From positions 69,316,001 to 69,380,000 of the forward strand of contig OZ024743.1 in the NCBI GenBank assembly GCA_964016885.1: a stretch of DNA of 64,000 bases, read 5' to 3'. A program made the translations under genes and the position numbers. A model generated the notes under the pieces. That model was not told the DNA's origin, did not search any database, and saw only the letters and a list, made by a program, of their open reading frames with translations. Source of the DNA: Eledone cirrhosa. Lineage: Eukaryota. This document shows positions 41,485 through 56,400 of this stretch, piece after piece; within the stretch, counting starts at the first letter, position 1, and every line of letters starts with the position of its first letter.

Positions 41485-41664
41485 ATATATATATGTATGT
41501 ATGTGTGTGTATATATATATATGTATGTATGTATGTATATATAAGTATGTGAGACCCAGTTTCTCAAGATTTGTACTGAGGCATTTAATAACGTATCTGA
41601 GTGCCCCAATATTTATGGGTATGTACGTCTCTCTGTAATTATGTATATATGTACGTATCTAAGT

Positions 41665-42322
41665 GACATATCGGCAGCATTAAAGAAAGCAGGATCCCGA
41701 AGCAATTGTTTTACAGTGAGCTCCATCTTGTAAAAAGGCCTCAACTAAAACCGAAAATGAGGTTCAGGGACTGCATCAGGAACAACCTCAAACAGCTGGC
41801 ATTTGATATAGACAACTGGGAGGAGATAGCCCTAAATAGGACTGACTGGAGAAAGCACATAAAGGGCAGTTGCACAACCTTTGCGGAATGTCATCTAAAA
41901 CATAAACTGAAGCGGCCGCTCAGGAAGGGTCGTGCTCACAGTCTTGATGAAGTCATCAGTAGTTGGACATGCAATTTCTCTCAGGTTATGTTAATCACCT
42001 GAAGTCACATGAAAGGATAACCACCCACAACATGACTCAACAAAGACCTGGTGAAACAACGTTCGTGATTTGCAACAAAGTGTCTAGAACTAGTTCCAGA
42101 CTAAAAAAGATATATGGTGATACATAAAGATTGTGTCCCACAGGGTGACTCGACCGGTCCTGTGTTAAGCAAAACTCTCTTCTGTCATCTGTGTTGTAAA
42201 CCATGTAGATCTACAGCTGGCCTACAAAGTCATCTCCGATGTCATGGACGCGGATGTCAAGATATCAATGAAGAATCAATAAGAGACGGCAATCGTCTGT
42301 GAAGACGCTGCAATCCTCAAGT
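41665..42322 (+). mobile_element. RTE-clade LINE 3' end with C-terminal zinc-finger remnants
   Basis: PKQLFYSEL...R...KPKMRFRDCIRNNLK...IDNWEEIALNRTDWRK and CHLCCKPCRSTAGLQSHLRCH. Confidence 0.85.
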
Positions 42323-42354
42323 AAATATGTATGTACGTATGTATGTATATATGA

Positions 42355-42765
42355 AATTACCAAAAAGAACAAGTCAACATCAGGGTTGCAGGTGTTATAT
42401 AAGAGTTTTCCTTCTCCTAGAATTCTGCCTTGACAAAGGCTAAGGGGTCATCTCTCCCGGTGATTTTGGATGGCCATTGACTCTTGGTTAAGAGAGTGGG
42501 ACTGGCTTTGTGCCGTGCCTTTGCTCACTATAAAAGCTTCACGGCACAGGCATTGCTTTATATCTGGAGATCTCTCTGCACTTGTCGCCACATGGTACCA
42601 TGGGCCCAGCACTATGTGTCAATAATTGTCACAAGTGTAGTGTTTGTACCAGAGTTTTCAAGTCGCTGGCTGGACTAAAAAGTCACACTCGTTCAGCGTA
42701 TCGGTAAGGGTTCTGCTACATGGATATAAAGTAGTGGCCGTACTCGAAAACGAGTTGGCAGCCAC
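42355..42765 (+). mobile_element. Family A copy 3, 5'-truncated with 5' inversion
   Basis: 42355-42485 is the reverse complement of about 40833-40979; 42482-42765 matches 40987-41296 directly. Confidence 0.82.
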
Positions 42766-42829
42766 TATATATGAAATTATGCATGTAAGAATGCATGTAA
42801 GTATGTAAATGTGTGTATGTATGTGTTTA

Positions 42830-42864
<35 letters not shown>

Positions 42865-43648
42865 GCCGAAACATCTTGATCTCGGTTTTACAGCTGATGA
42901 AGGATTTCTTTTCTTCTCTTGTTTCATCTTAAACTTTTTACACTAACTACGCAGCTCCTTTCGTTTCTTATAACTAGTATTTACCGCTGTGACTCAACTC
43001 TACCTGTTTTGCTCGATCTGTGGTTCCACCACACTTTCGTATCGACTGTCCCCTTCTCTGTCTTCCCTTTTTCCTCTTCTCTCTCTCTCTCCCTTTCTCT
43101 CTATCCATCTGCTGGTTTCCGATCGTTTACAACATGCTTCACACATGTCGTATAGCTCCTCTGGTTACGATCGTTTACGACACTTTTCACAACTGTCGTA
43201 AAGTTATGTTGAATTATCTCCCTTTTCCCTCTTACTTCCGGTTGCTCCATCTCTCTCTCTCTCCCTTCACTTCGACTGAGATGGCACGGTAACACTGGGC
43301 TCCTGTTATCGCACCCCCAGACTTAAATCTAATCGGTACGTTATAACTTATTCTATTCTATTTTTTCCTGGGTTATTCACTTGCATGTTCAATTGTCTTG
43401 CCCCCCCACCCCCCCACCCCACCATTTCGTATGTTTACCTGTTTTTTCTTTTCTTTCCCTCCTGGTCTTTTGATTCAGAAAAGGCCTTGGGCGCGCCGCT
43501 CATCGGTTTTAGACGTCCTGTATTAAGCGAAACATCTTGATCTCGGTTTTACAGCATATAAAGGATTTCTTTTCTTCTCTTGTTTCATCCTTACTACCAT
43601 CTTAAACTTTGTTTACAGTAACCACATAGCTCATTTCGTTTCGTATAC

Positions 43649-43650
<2 letters not shown>
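42865..43650 (+). mobile_element. Element with ~105-bp terminal direct repeats (period 661), CT-rich interior, in (TA)n
   Basis: GAAACATCTTGATCTCGGTTTTACAGC at 42868 and 43529; layout resembles family B. Confidence 0.7.
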
Positions 43651-43695
<45 letters not shown>

Positions 43696-44224
43696 GTCAG
43701 GTCGTTCTTCGGCGCTAACATATAATCCAGTGCAACTTGTGCATATTCGGGACGTCGGCGACTAGACTGCCGACCCCACCAAGATTGCTGTGTGAGAAGG
43801 GTGAATTTGGATGCTCTGCGGGTTGAAACACCCGTCAAAGGGCGGAGGTACTCAGGAGACTAAACGGCCATCCACTATAGTTTTTTATTTTATTTTTTGG
43901 AGAGAGAGAGACCCTTAGTCTTCATTAACGTATCTCTCTACGATAAGATCACTCTGATATAAAACCTGCGACTACCTTTGCAGCCAATTATTTAGAAAAT
44001 TGTCGTTTTGGGTTAAATGGATTCGATGATCAGAAAGTGGTATTGGTCCAATGCAAAGCCGTTTTTTCACTTAAAAAACTTCAAGCAGACACATCGCTTG
44101 ATACGTGATATTTTTGTAATGTATGGTATTGCTGGCCATAGGAAAGTCCCTAGCAGGATTCTTAAGTATCCTCATTCTTAAGTATCAACTGATGGCATTA
44201 CTCGAAATCGAGCTGCAGCCATCA
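43696..44224 (+). mobile_element. Family A diverged copy 4
   Basis: Starts GTCAGGTC, shares ACCCGTCAAAGGGC and CTCTGATATAA, ends CTCGAAATCGAGCTGCAGCCATCA. Confidence 0.65.
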
Positions 44225-44239
44225 CACACACTCACACAA

Positions 44240-44283
<44 letters not shown>

Positions 44284-44289
44284 GTATCT

Positions 44290-44958
44290 AAGGAAAGAAA
44301 CATCAGCAATCTTAGAATTAGGGAAGCACTAATTATAGACAAAACACCACCACCAATCAATAATAGACTAGAACTCAACACCCAATTTATAGCTTGATAG
44401 AGCATCTAGCCCCGTATTTACACTCCCCTCCCATACACACGCATAAACACACGCACGCACATACACACACACACACAATCACACCTACACCTACACTTAT
44501 TCTCTCTCACACACAACCATGCACACACAAAGACCAGTTCTAACACGAGAGAACATCTATCCCCCATATTTACGTATAGACATATCTTCTCACACTCACA
44601 AACATACACACACACATACTTACACATTCACACATTCTCCGACACACTTAAACAGGCATGTACAAAAAAAAAACTTTTAAAGGGAAACTACGCTTTACCC
44701 ACCTAACCTTAACTCTTTGACATTAGAGATAGAACAGATACTCCATACCATTTCTTGTCAGCATGACTTGGCAAGCTATTTAGAACACTGGTTTAACCGC
44801 TATACTTCCCTCCGAAGAAGAGATATTATCTCGAAAATTAAGGACATTTAAATAAATCTAAGGTAAAAAAACTAATTGTCAACAATATCATTTGCATTTG
44901 CATTCTTTATTCTATGTCCATACCTGCATTGTTTTAGCTTTATTATACATATACAAAC

Positions 44959-44962
<4 letters not shown>
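44290..44962 (+). mobile_element. Penelope-like 3' end: GIY-YIG tail, 3' UTR and family E hammerhead repeat
   Basis: NLRIREALIIDKTPPPINNRLE (R..EA..I...P.IN motif) at about 44308-44373; 44768-44962 matches 15226-15420, including the HHR (CCGAAGA core). Confidence 0.7.
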
Positions 44963-45021
<59 letters not shown>

Positions 45022-45212
45022 TGTATTTCTGTATATATATATACGTATATATATATATTTGTATGAATAAGCATATATTTTTATGCGTGTAATTTGATAA
45101 ACACTTGCGTATATGTTATATATACATGCGCGTTTGAGTGTGTGTAAATACGCACAGACAACCATGCATAAATATATAAATAAATTGAAAAACCGCAAGT
45201 TCTCACATTCAT

Positions 45213-45282
<70 letters not shown>

Positions 45283-46079
45283 ATATTTACAACAGCGTTC
45301 TCCCCCTCTGCTCCTTACTTAATTTTCTACAAAATACTGCAACTAGTAGTCTTACAGCAAATACTAGCAGCATCACAACTCCTACCACCAAAACCCCCAC
45401 TAAGACCATTACCATCACTCCTACTTTCATTCTTAGCCGTTTCCCACCCTCAGAGCTTTCTTCTACTTTTGTACTGATGTTAAAATTATCAGTAAATTAA
45501 ATAAATATTTCCACACCGTCAACAAACACACTACAAAACACTCTTAACCCTCCTCCAACGCCATATCACAAAAGAAAACCTCACATAATTTACCTTTAAC
45601 ATTAATTCCATTTTTTAAATAATCTATTTGAAATTTCTATCTCTAAAATGTCCCCTGTTGTTTTCTTCTTGTCATTAAGACAAAATCTAAAATCTAGAAG
45701 CTGCCAATGCATTGCAAAATAGAAACAATGTCAACATATTTACTAAATATTATAAAAGAGCAACATAAAATTGAAAGCATGTGCAGCAGTTAATGTAAAG
45801 GAAGAATTGAGTTCAATGCAGTAAATTAGAGTCGAGTATACATTATAAGATAGGATTACCTAAACAAGCACACCTGAGCATGAACAACAAAACAATAGCA
45901 ATGCACCCATAGCATGTGCTGATACAAGGATATATCGGATACGGGAAAAGTATACTAAAAAAATATATAATATAATTATATATATATATATATGTATATA
46001 TAAAAAGAAATATAATATAATTATAATGTATATATATATATATGTGTGCGTGTGTATATATATATAAGATCTCTCTCTC

Positions 46080-46126
<47 letters not shown>

Positions 46127-46439
46127 GTATATATATATAAGATATCTCTCACTATATATATATTTATGTGTGTGTGTGTTTGTTATAATTATGTTATATG
46201 TATATGTAATATAATTACAACATACATACTGTGCGTGTAAGAGAAAAAGAGAGATAAGCAGTGATGGAAAACAATCAGATTGCACTCGGCAGCTGCAACA
46301 TACATACCAGGAGTGCACACTTTGCATTTTGCATGACTATTTCGGAAAGAAGAGTTAAACAAACGAAAAAAACAATAATAATATTGATAATAATAACAGG
46401 ACAAAATCAGCAAAGACAATATTATGAAAACAATGATGT

Positions 46440-46594
46440 AAATAGGAGAGAGAGGGGGAGAGAGAGAGTGAGAGAGAGGTGCGTGGAGAGAGAGAGAGAG
46501 AGAGAGAGAGATGCGTGGAGGGGGGGCATATATAGAGGGGCAGAAACATAGTGAGAGGTGGAGGGTGGGAGAAGGTGAGAGAGAGGGTGGGAGA

Positions 46595-46638
<44 letters not shown>

Positions 46639-46815
46639 TAGGGAGCGAGAGGGAGAGAGAGAGCGGGTGGGGGAGACGTAATGATAGGAAAGAGAGATTC
46701 TTTTAGAGGGAGTTGGAGAAAAAAAGGGATTGGTAGTGAAAGAGGAATAGGCAGGACAAACAAAGAGAGGAGAGACGTGAGAAAAACGATGTTTACGTGA
46801 GACAAACATACAGAG

Positions 46816-46860
<45 letters not shown>

Positions 46861-47280
46861 AAAAAGAAGAGAGAAGAGAGAGAGGGCGTGATAGAAACGA
46901 AAATAGAGGGAGAAAGAGAGAAAACATGAAGGGTGTAAGACAGAGAGAGGGGAGAATGGAGAGTTTGAGAGAAAGACAATGATAGGGAATGAAACGGAAA
47001 GACAGAGATGTGTAGGAAGCGATGTATACGAGTAGAGAGATATGGAAAGAGAGAGAGAGAGAAACAGATAGAGAGAGATATAGAGAGAAAGAGGACTGAA
47101 GAGAGAGAGGGGGACAGAGAGGGGGCAACGAGAGAGCTGTTGAGAGAGAGAGAGGTAGAGAGAGAGAACTGTGCAGTGAGAGATGAGAGAGAGGGATGGT
47201 AAGAGAGAGAGAGAAAGAGTCCTGTGGAGAGAGAGAGAGAGGAGAGAGAGACGTAGAGAGAGGGAGAGGGAGGCAAGTCG
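46440..47280. repeat. GA-rich polypurine low-complexity tract
   Basis: Directly visible. Confidence 0.85.
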
Positions 47281-47402
47281 AGTGAGATCGTGACGGGAGG
47301 AGCGATTGAGTGGAAGATATTAATTACGATATCGGAAATGATTCAAAAGTCAAAGATGAACAAATGATAGAATTGACATTAGTTATAAAGGAAAGACAGG
47401 AA

Positions 47403-50400
47403 GATGGTGTAGTGTGTTGTATATAGTAACGAGAGAGGTGGTGTAGTGTGGTATATATAGTAATTAGTGAGGTGGTGTAGTGTAGTATATATAGTAACTA
47501 GAGAGGTGGTGTAGTGTGGTATAAAGAGTAACTAGAGAGGCGGTGTAGTGTAGTATATATAGTAACTAGAGAGGTGATGTAGTGTGGCATATATAGTAAC
47601 TAGAGAGGTGGTCTAGGGTGGTATATATAGTAACTAGAGAGGTGGTGTAGTATATATAGTAACTAGAGAGGTGGTGTAGTGTGGTATATATAGTAACTAT
47701 AGAGGTGATGTAGTGTAGTATATATAGTAACTAGAGAGGTGGTGTAGTGTGGTATATATAGTAACTAGAGAGGTGGTGTAATGTGGTATATATAGTAACT
47801 AGAGAGAGGTGGGGTAGTGTGGTATATATAGTAACTAGAGAGGTGGTGTAGTGTGGTATATATAGTAACTAGAGAGGTGGTGTAGTGTAGTAAATATAAT
47901 AACTAGAGAGGTGGTGTAGTGTGTTATATATAGTAATTAGTGAGGTGGTGTAGTGTAGTATATATAGTAACTAGAGAGGTGGTGTAGTGTGGTATATATA
48001 GTAACTAGAGAGGTGGTGTAGTGTAGTATATATAGTAACTAGAGAGGTGGTCTAGTGTAGTATATATAGTAACTAGAGAGGTGGTGTAGTGTAGTATATA
48101 TAGTAACTAGAGAGGTGGTGTAATGTAGAGTATATAGTAACTAGAGAGGTGGTGTAGTGTGGTATATATAGTAACTAGAGAGGTGGTGTAGTGTAGTATA
48201 TATAGTAACTAGAGAGGTGGTGTAGGTTGGTATATATAGCAACTAGACAGGTGGTGTAGTGTGGTATATATAGTAACTAGAGAGGTGGTGTGATGTGGTA
48301 TATATAGTAACTAGAGAGGTGGTGTAGTATGTTATATATAGTAACTAGAGAGGTGGTGTAGTGTGGTTTATATAGTAACTAGAGAGGTGGTGTGATGTGG
48401 TATATATAGTAACTAGAGAGGTGGTGTAGTATGTTATATATAGTAACTAGAGAGGTGGTGTAGTGTGGTTTATATAATAACTAGAGAGATGTGGTGTAGT
48501 GTCGTTTACATAGTAACTAGAGAGAGAGGTGGTGTAATGTGGTATATATAGTAACTAGAGAGGTGGTGTAGTATGGTATATATAGTAACTAGAGGGGTGG
48601 TGTAGTGTGGTATATATAGTAACTAGAGAGGTGGTGTAGTATGGTATATATAGTAACTAGAGAGAGATGGTGTAGTATGGTATATATAGTAACTAGAGAG
48701 GTGGTGTAGTGTGGTATATATAGTAACTAGAGAGGTGGTGTAGTATGGTATATATAGTAACTAGAGAGAGGTGGTGTAGTGTGGTAATTATAGTAACTAG
48801 AGAGAGAGGTGGTGTAGTGTGGTATATATAGTAACTAGAGGGGTGGTGTAGTGTGGTATATATAGTAACAAGAGAGGTGGTGTAGTGTGGTATATATAGT
48901 AACTAGACAGGTGGTGTAGTGTGGTATAAATAGTAATTAGAGAGGTGGTGTAATGTCGTATATATAGTAAGTAGAGAGAGGTGGTGTAGTGTGGTATATA
49001 TAGTAACTAGAGAGGTGGTGTAGTGTAGTATATATATTAACTAGAGGGGTGGTGTAGTGTGGTATATATAGTAACTAGAGAGGTGTTTTAGTGTGGTATA
49101 TATAGTAACTAGAGAGGTGATGTAGTGTGGTATAAATAGTAATTAGAGAGGTGGTGTAATGTGGTATATATAGTAAGTAGAGAGAGGTGGTGTAGTGTGG
49201 TATATATAGTAACTAGAGAGGTGGCGTAGTGTGATATATATAGTAACTAGAGAGTGAGGTTGTGTTGTGTGGTATATATGATAACTAGAGAGGCGGTGTA
49301 GTGTGGCATATATAGTAACTAGAGAGGTGGTGTAGTATGGTATATATAGTAACTAGAGAGGTGGTGTAGTGTGGTAAATATAGTAACTAGAGATGTGGTA
49401 TAGTGTGGTATATATAGTAACTAGAGAAAGGTGGTGTAGTGTGGTATATATAGTAACTAGAGAGAGAAGTGGTTTAGTGTGGTATATATAGTAACTAGAG
49501 AGTTGGTGTAGTGAGGTATATATAGTAATTAGAGAGGTGGTGTAGTGTGGTATATATAGTAACTAGAGAGGTGGTGTAGTGTGATATATATAGTAACTAG
49601 AGAGGTGGTGTAGTGTAGTATTTAAGGTAACTAGAGAGGTGGTGTAGTGTAGTATATATAGTAACTAGAGAGGTGGTGTAGTGTGGTATATATAGTAACT
49701 AGAGAGAGGTGGGGTAGTGTGGTATATATAGTAATTAGAGAGATGGTGTAGTGTGGTATATATAGTAACTAGAGAGAGGTGGTGTAGTGTGGTATATATA
49801 GTAATTATAGAGGTGGTGTAGTGTAGTATATATAGTAACTAGAGAGGTGGTGTAGTGTAGTATATATAGTAACTAGAGAGGTGGTCTAGTGTGGTATATA
49901 TACTAACTAGAGAGGTGGTGTAGTATGGTATATATAGTAACTAGAGGGGTGGTGTAGTGTGGTATATATAGTATTTAGAGAGGTGGTGTAGTGTGGTATA
50001 TATAGTAACTAGAGAGAGGTTATGTAGTGTGGTAAATATAGTAACTAGAGAGGTGGTGTAGTCTGGTATATATAGTAACTAGAGAGTTGGTGTAATGTGG
50101 TATATATAGTAATTAGAGAGGTGGTGTAGTGTGGTATATATAGTAACTAGAGAGGTGGTGTAGTGTGGTTTATATAGTAACTAGGGAGGTGGTGTAGTTT
50201 GGTATATATAGTAACTAGACAGGTGGTGTAGTATGGTTTATATAGTAACTAGAGAACAGGTGTAACGTGGTATATATAGTAATTAGAGAGGTGGTGTAGT
50301 GTGGTATATATAATAAGTAGAGAGAAGTGGTGTAGTGTGGTATATATAGTAACTAGAGAGAGAGGTGGTGTAGTGTGGTATATATAGTAAATAGAGGGGT

Positions 50401-53400
50401 GGTGTAGTATGGTATATATAGTAACTAGAGGGGTGGTGTAGTGTGGTATATATAGTAAATAGAGGGGTGGTGTAGTGTGGTATATATAGTAACTAGAGAG
50501 GTGGTGTAGTGTAGTATATATAGAAACTAGAGGGGTGGTGTAGTGTGGTATATATAGTAAAAAGAGAGGTGGTGTAGTGTGGTATATATAGTAACTACAG
50601 AGGTGGTGTAGTGTAGTATATATAGCAACTAGAGAGGTGGGGTAGTGTAGTATATATAGTAACTAGAGAGGTGGTGTAGTGTGGTATATATAGTAACTAG
50701 AGAGGTGGTGTAGTGTAGTATATAGAGCAACTAGAGAGGTGGTGTAGTGTAGTATATATAGTAACTAGAGAGGTGGTGTAATGTGGTATATATAGTAACT
50801 AGAGAGAGGTGGGGTAGTGTGGTATATATAGTAACTAGAGAGGTGGTGTCGTATGGTATATATAGTAACTAGAGAGGTGGTGTAGTGTAGTAAATATAAT
50901 AACTAGAGAGGTGGTGTACTGTGTTATATATAGTAATTAGTGAGGTGTAGTGTAGTGTAGTGTATATAGTAACTAGAGAGGTGGTGTAGTGTGGTATGTA
51001 TAGTAACTAGAGAGGTGGTGTAGTGTAGTATATATAGTAACTAGAGAGGTGGTGTAGTGTAGAGTATATAGAAACTAGAGAGGTGGTGTAGTGTGGTATA
51101 TATAGTAACTAGAGAGGTGGTGTAGTGTAGTATATATAGTAACTAAAGAGGTGGTGTAGTTTGGTATATATAGCAACTAGACAGGTGGTGTAGTGTGGTT
51201 TATATAGTAACTAGAGAGGTGGTGTGATGTGGTATATATAGTAATTAGAGAGGTGGTGTAATGTGGTATATATAGTAACTAGAGAGGTGGTGTAGTATGG
51301 TATATATAGTAACTAGAGAGGTGGTGTAGTGTGGTTTATATAATAACTAGAGAGATGTGGTGTAGTGTGGTTTATATAGTAACTAGAGAGAGAGGTGCTG
51401 TAGTGTGGTATATATAGTAACTAGAGAGGTGGTGTAGTATGGTATATATAGTAAATAGAGGGGTGGTGTAGTGTGGTATATATAATAACTAGAGATATGT
51501 GGTGTAGTGTAGTTTATAGTAACTAGAGAGAGAGGTGGTGTAGTGTTGTATATATAGTAACTAGAGAGGTGGTGTAGTGTGGTATATATAGTAACTAGAG
51601 AGGTGGTGTAGTATGGTAGATATAGTAACTAGAGGGGTGGTGTAGTGTGGTATATATAGTAACTAGTGGGGTGGTGTAGTGTGGTATATATTATAACTAG
51701 AGCGGTGGTGCAGTGTGGTATATATAGTAATTAGAGAGGTGGTGTAGTGTGGTATATATAGTAACTAGAGAGAGTTGGTGTAGTGTGGTAATTATAGTAA
51801 CTAGAGAGAGAGGTGGTGTAGTGTGGTATATATAGTAACTAGAGAGTTGGTGTAGTGTGGTATATATAGTAATTAGAGAGGTGGTGTAGTGTGGTATATA
51901 TAGTAATTAGTGAGGTGGTGTAGGGTAGTATATATAGTAACTAGAGAGTGAGGTTGTGTTGTGTGGTATATATGGTAACTAGAGAGGCGGTGTAGTGTAG
52001 CATATATAGTAACTAGAGAGGTGGTGTAGTATGGTATATATAGTAACTAGAGAGGTGGTGTAGTGTGGTAAATATAGTAACTAGAGATGTGGTATAGTGT
52101 GGTATATATAGTAACTAGAGAAAGGTGGTGTAGTGTGGTATATATAGTAACTAGAGAGAGAAGTGGTTTAGTGTGGTATATATAGTAACTAGAGAGTTGG
52201 TGTAGTGAGGTATATATAGTAATTAGAGAGGTGGTGTAGTGTGGTATATATAGTAACTAGAGAGGTGGTGTAGTGTGATATATATAGTAACTAGAGAGGT
52301 GGTGTAGTGTAGTATTTAAGGTAACTAGAGAGGTGGTGTAGTGTAGTATATATAGTAACTAGAGAGGTGGTGTAGTGTGGTATATATAGTAACTAGAGAG
52401 AGGTGGGGTAGTGTGGTATATATAGTAATTAGAGAGATGGTGTAGTGTGGTATATATAGTAACTAGAGAGAGGTGGTGTAGTGTGGTATATATAGTAATT
52501 ATAGAGGAGGTGTAGTGTAGTATATATAGTAACTAGAGAGGTGGTGTAGTGTAGTATATATAGTAACTAGAGAGGTGGTCTAGTGTGGTATATATACTAA
52601 CTAGAGAGGTGGTGTAGTATGGTATATATAGTAACTAGAGGGGTGGTGTAGTGTGGTATATATAGTATTTAGAGAGGTGGTGTAGTGTGGTATATATAGT
52701 AACTAGAGAGAGGTTATGTAGTGTGGTAAATATAGTAACTAGAGAGGTGGTGTAATGTGGTATATATAGTAACTAGAGAGAGGTGGGGTAGTGTGGTATA
52801 TATAGTAACTAGAGAGGTGGTGTAGTGTGGTATATATAGTAACTAGAGAGGTGGTGTAGTGTGGTTTATATAGTAACTAGGGAGGTGGTGTAGTTTGGTA
52901 TATATAGTAACTAGACAGGTGGTGTAGTATGGTTTATATAGTAACTAGAGAACAGGTGTAACGTGGTATATATAGTAATTAGAGAGGTGGTGTAGTGTGG
53001 TATATATAATAAGTAGAGAGAAGTGGTGTAGTGTGGTATATATAGTAACTAGAGAGAGAGGTGGTGTAGTGTGGTATATATAGTAAATAGAGGGGTGGTG
53101 TAGTGTGGTATATATAGTAAAAAGAGAGGTGGTGTAGTGTGGTATATATAGTAACTACAGAGGTGGTGTAGTGTAGTATATATAGCAACTAGAGAGGTGG
53201 GGTAGTGTAGTATATATAGTAACTAGAGAGGTGGTGTAGTGTGGTATATATAGTAACTAGAGAGGTGGTGTAGTGTAGTATATAGAGCAACTAGAGAGGT
53301 GGTGTAGTGTAGTATATATAGTAACTAGAGAGGTGGTGTAATGTGGTATATATAGTAACTAGAGAGAGGTGGGGTAGTGTGGTATATATAGTAACTAGAG

Positions 53401-56400
53401 AGGTGGTGTCGTATGGTATATATAGTAACTAGAGAGGTGGTGTAGTGTAGTAAATATAATAACTAGAGAGGTGGTGTACTGTGTTATATATAGTAATTAG
53501 TGAGGTGTAGTGTAGTGTAGTGTATATAGTAACTAGAGAGGTGGTGTAGTGTGGTATGTATAGTAACTAGAGAGGTGGTGTAGTGTAGTATATATAGTAA
53601 CTAGAGAGGTGGTGTAGTGTAGAGTATATAGAAACTAGAGAGGTGGTGTAGTGTGGTATATATAGTAACTAGAGAGGTGGTGTAGTGTAGTATATATAGT
53701 AACTAAAGAGGTGGTGTAGTTTGGTATATATAGCAACTAGACAGGTGGTGTAGTGTGGTTTATATAGTAACTAGAGAGGTGTTGTGATGTGGTATATATA
53801 GTAATTATAGAGGTGGTGTAATGTGGTATATATAGTAACTAGAGAGGTGGTGTAGTATGGTATATATAGTAACTAGAGAGGTGGTGTAGTGTGGTTTATA
53901 TAATAACTAGAGAGATGTGGTGTTGTGTGGTTTATATAGTAACTAGAGAGAGAGGTGCTGTAGTGTGGTATATATAGTAACTAGAGAGGTGGTGTAGTAT
54001 GGTATATATAGTAAATAGAGGGGTGGTGTAGTGTGGTATATATAATAACTAGAGATATGTGGTGTAGTGTAGTTTATAGTAACTAGAGAGAGAGGTGGTG
54101 TAGTGTTGTATATATAGTAACTAGAGAGGTGGTGTAGTGTGGTATATATAGTAACTAGAGAGGTGGTGTAGTATGGTAGATATAGTAACTAGAGGGGTGG
54201 TGTAGTGTGGTATATATAGTAACTAGTGGGGTGGTGTAGTGTGGTATATATTATAACTAGAGTGGTGGTGCAGTGTGGTATATATAGTAATTAGAGAGGT
54301 GGTGTAGTGTGGTATATATAGTAACTAGAGAGAGTTGGTGTAGTGTGGTAATTATAGTAACTAGAGAGAGAGGTGGTGTAGTGTGGTATATATAGTAACT
54401 AGAGAGTTGGTGTAGTGTGGTATATATAGTAATTAGAGAGGTGGTGTAGTGTGGTATATATAGTAATTAGTGAGGTGGTGTAGGGTAGTATATATAGTAA
54501 CTAGAGAGGTGGTGTAGTGTGGTATATATAGTAACTAGAGGGGTGTTGTAGTGTGGTATATATAGTAACTAGAGAGGTGGTGTAGTATGGTATATATAGT
54601 AACTAGAGGGGTGGTGTAGTGTGGTATATATAGTAACTAGAGAGGTGTTGTAGTGTGGTATATATAGTAACTAGAGAGGTGGTGTAGTATGGTATATATA
54701 GTAACTAGAGAGGTGGTGTAGTGTGGTATATATAGTAATTAGAGAGGTGATGTAGTGTGTTATATATAATAACTAGAGAGGTGTGGTGTAGTGTGGTTTA
54801 TATAGTACTCAGAGAGAGAGGTGGTGTAGTGTTGTATATATAGTAACTAGAGAGGTGGTGTAGTATGGTATATATAGTAACTATAGAGGTGGTGTAGTGT
54901 GATATATATAGTAACTAGAGAGGTGGTGTAGTATGGTATATATAGTAACTAGAGAGAGATGGTGTAGTATGGTATATATAGTAACTAGAGAGGTGGTGTA
55001 GTGTGGTATATATAGTAACTAGAGAGGTGGTGTAGTATGGTATATATAGTAACTAGAGAGAGGTGGTGTAGTGTGGTAATTATAGTTACTATAGAGAGAG
55101 GTGGTGTAGTGTGGTATATATAGTAACAAGAGAGGTGGTGTAGTGTGGTATATATAGCAACTAGGGAGGTGGTGTAGATTGGTATATATAGTAACTAGAC
55201 AGGTGGTGTAGTGTGGTAAAATAGTAATTAGAGAGGTGGTGTAAAGTGGTATATATAGTAAGTAGAGAGAGGTGGTGTAGTGTGGTATATATAGTAACTA
55301 GAGGGGTACTGTAGTGTGGTATATATAGTAACTAGAGAGGTGTTGTAGTGTGGTATATATAGTAAATAGAGATGTAATATAGTGTAGTATAAATAGTAAT
55401 TAGAGAGGTGGTGTAATGTGGTATATATAGTAAGTAGAGAGAGGTGGTTTAGTGTGGTATATATAGTAACTAGAGAGGTGGCGTAATGTGGTATATATAG
55501 TAACTAGAGAGTGAGGTTGTGTAGTGTGGTATATATGGTAACTAGAGAGGTGGTATAGTGTGGTATATATAGTAACTAGAGAAAGGTGGTGTAGTGTGGT
55601 ATATATAGTAACTAGAGAGAGAAGTGGTGTAGTGTGGTATATATAGTAACTAGAGAGTTGGTGTAATGTGGTATATATAGTAATTAGAGAGGTGGTGTAG
55701 TGTGGTATATATAGTAACCATAGAGGTGGTGTAGTGTGGTATATATAGTAACTTGAGAGGTGGTGTAGTGTGGTATTTATATAGTAACTAGAGAGGTGGT
55801 GTAGTATAGTATATATAGTAACTAGAGAGGTAGTGTAATGTGGTATATATAGTAACTAGAGAGAGGTGGGGTAGTGTGGTATATATAGTAACTATGGAGG
55901 TGGCGTAGTGTGGTCTATATAGTAACTAGAGAGGTGGCGTAATGTGGTATATATAGTAACTAGAGAGTGAGGTTGTGTAGTGTGGTATATATGGTAACTA
56001 GAGAGGTGGTATAGTGTGGTATATATAGTAACTAGAGAAAGGTGGTGTAGTGTGGTATATATAGTAACTAGAGAGAGAAGTGGTGTAGTGTGGTATATAT
56101 AGTAACTAGAGAGTTGGTGTAATGTGGTATATATAGTAATTAGAGAGGTGGTGTAGTGTGGTATTTATATAGTAACTAGAGAGGTGGTGTAGTGTAGTAT
56201 ATATAGTAACTAGAGAGGTGGTGTAATGTGGTATATATAGTAACTAGAGAGAGGTGGGGTAGTGTGGTATATATAGTAACTATGGAGGTGGCGTAGTGTG
56301 GTCCATATAGTAACTAGAGAGGTGGTGTAGTGTATTAAATATAGTAACTAGAGAAGTGGTGTAGTGTGGTATATATAGTAACTAGAGAAAGGTGGTGTAG

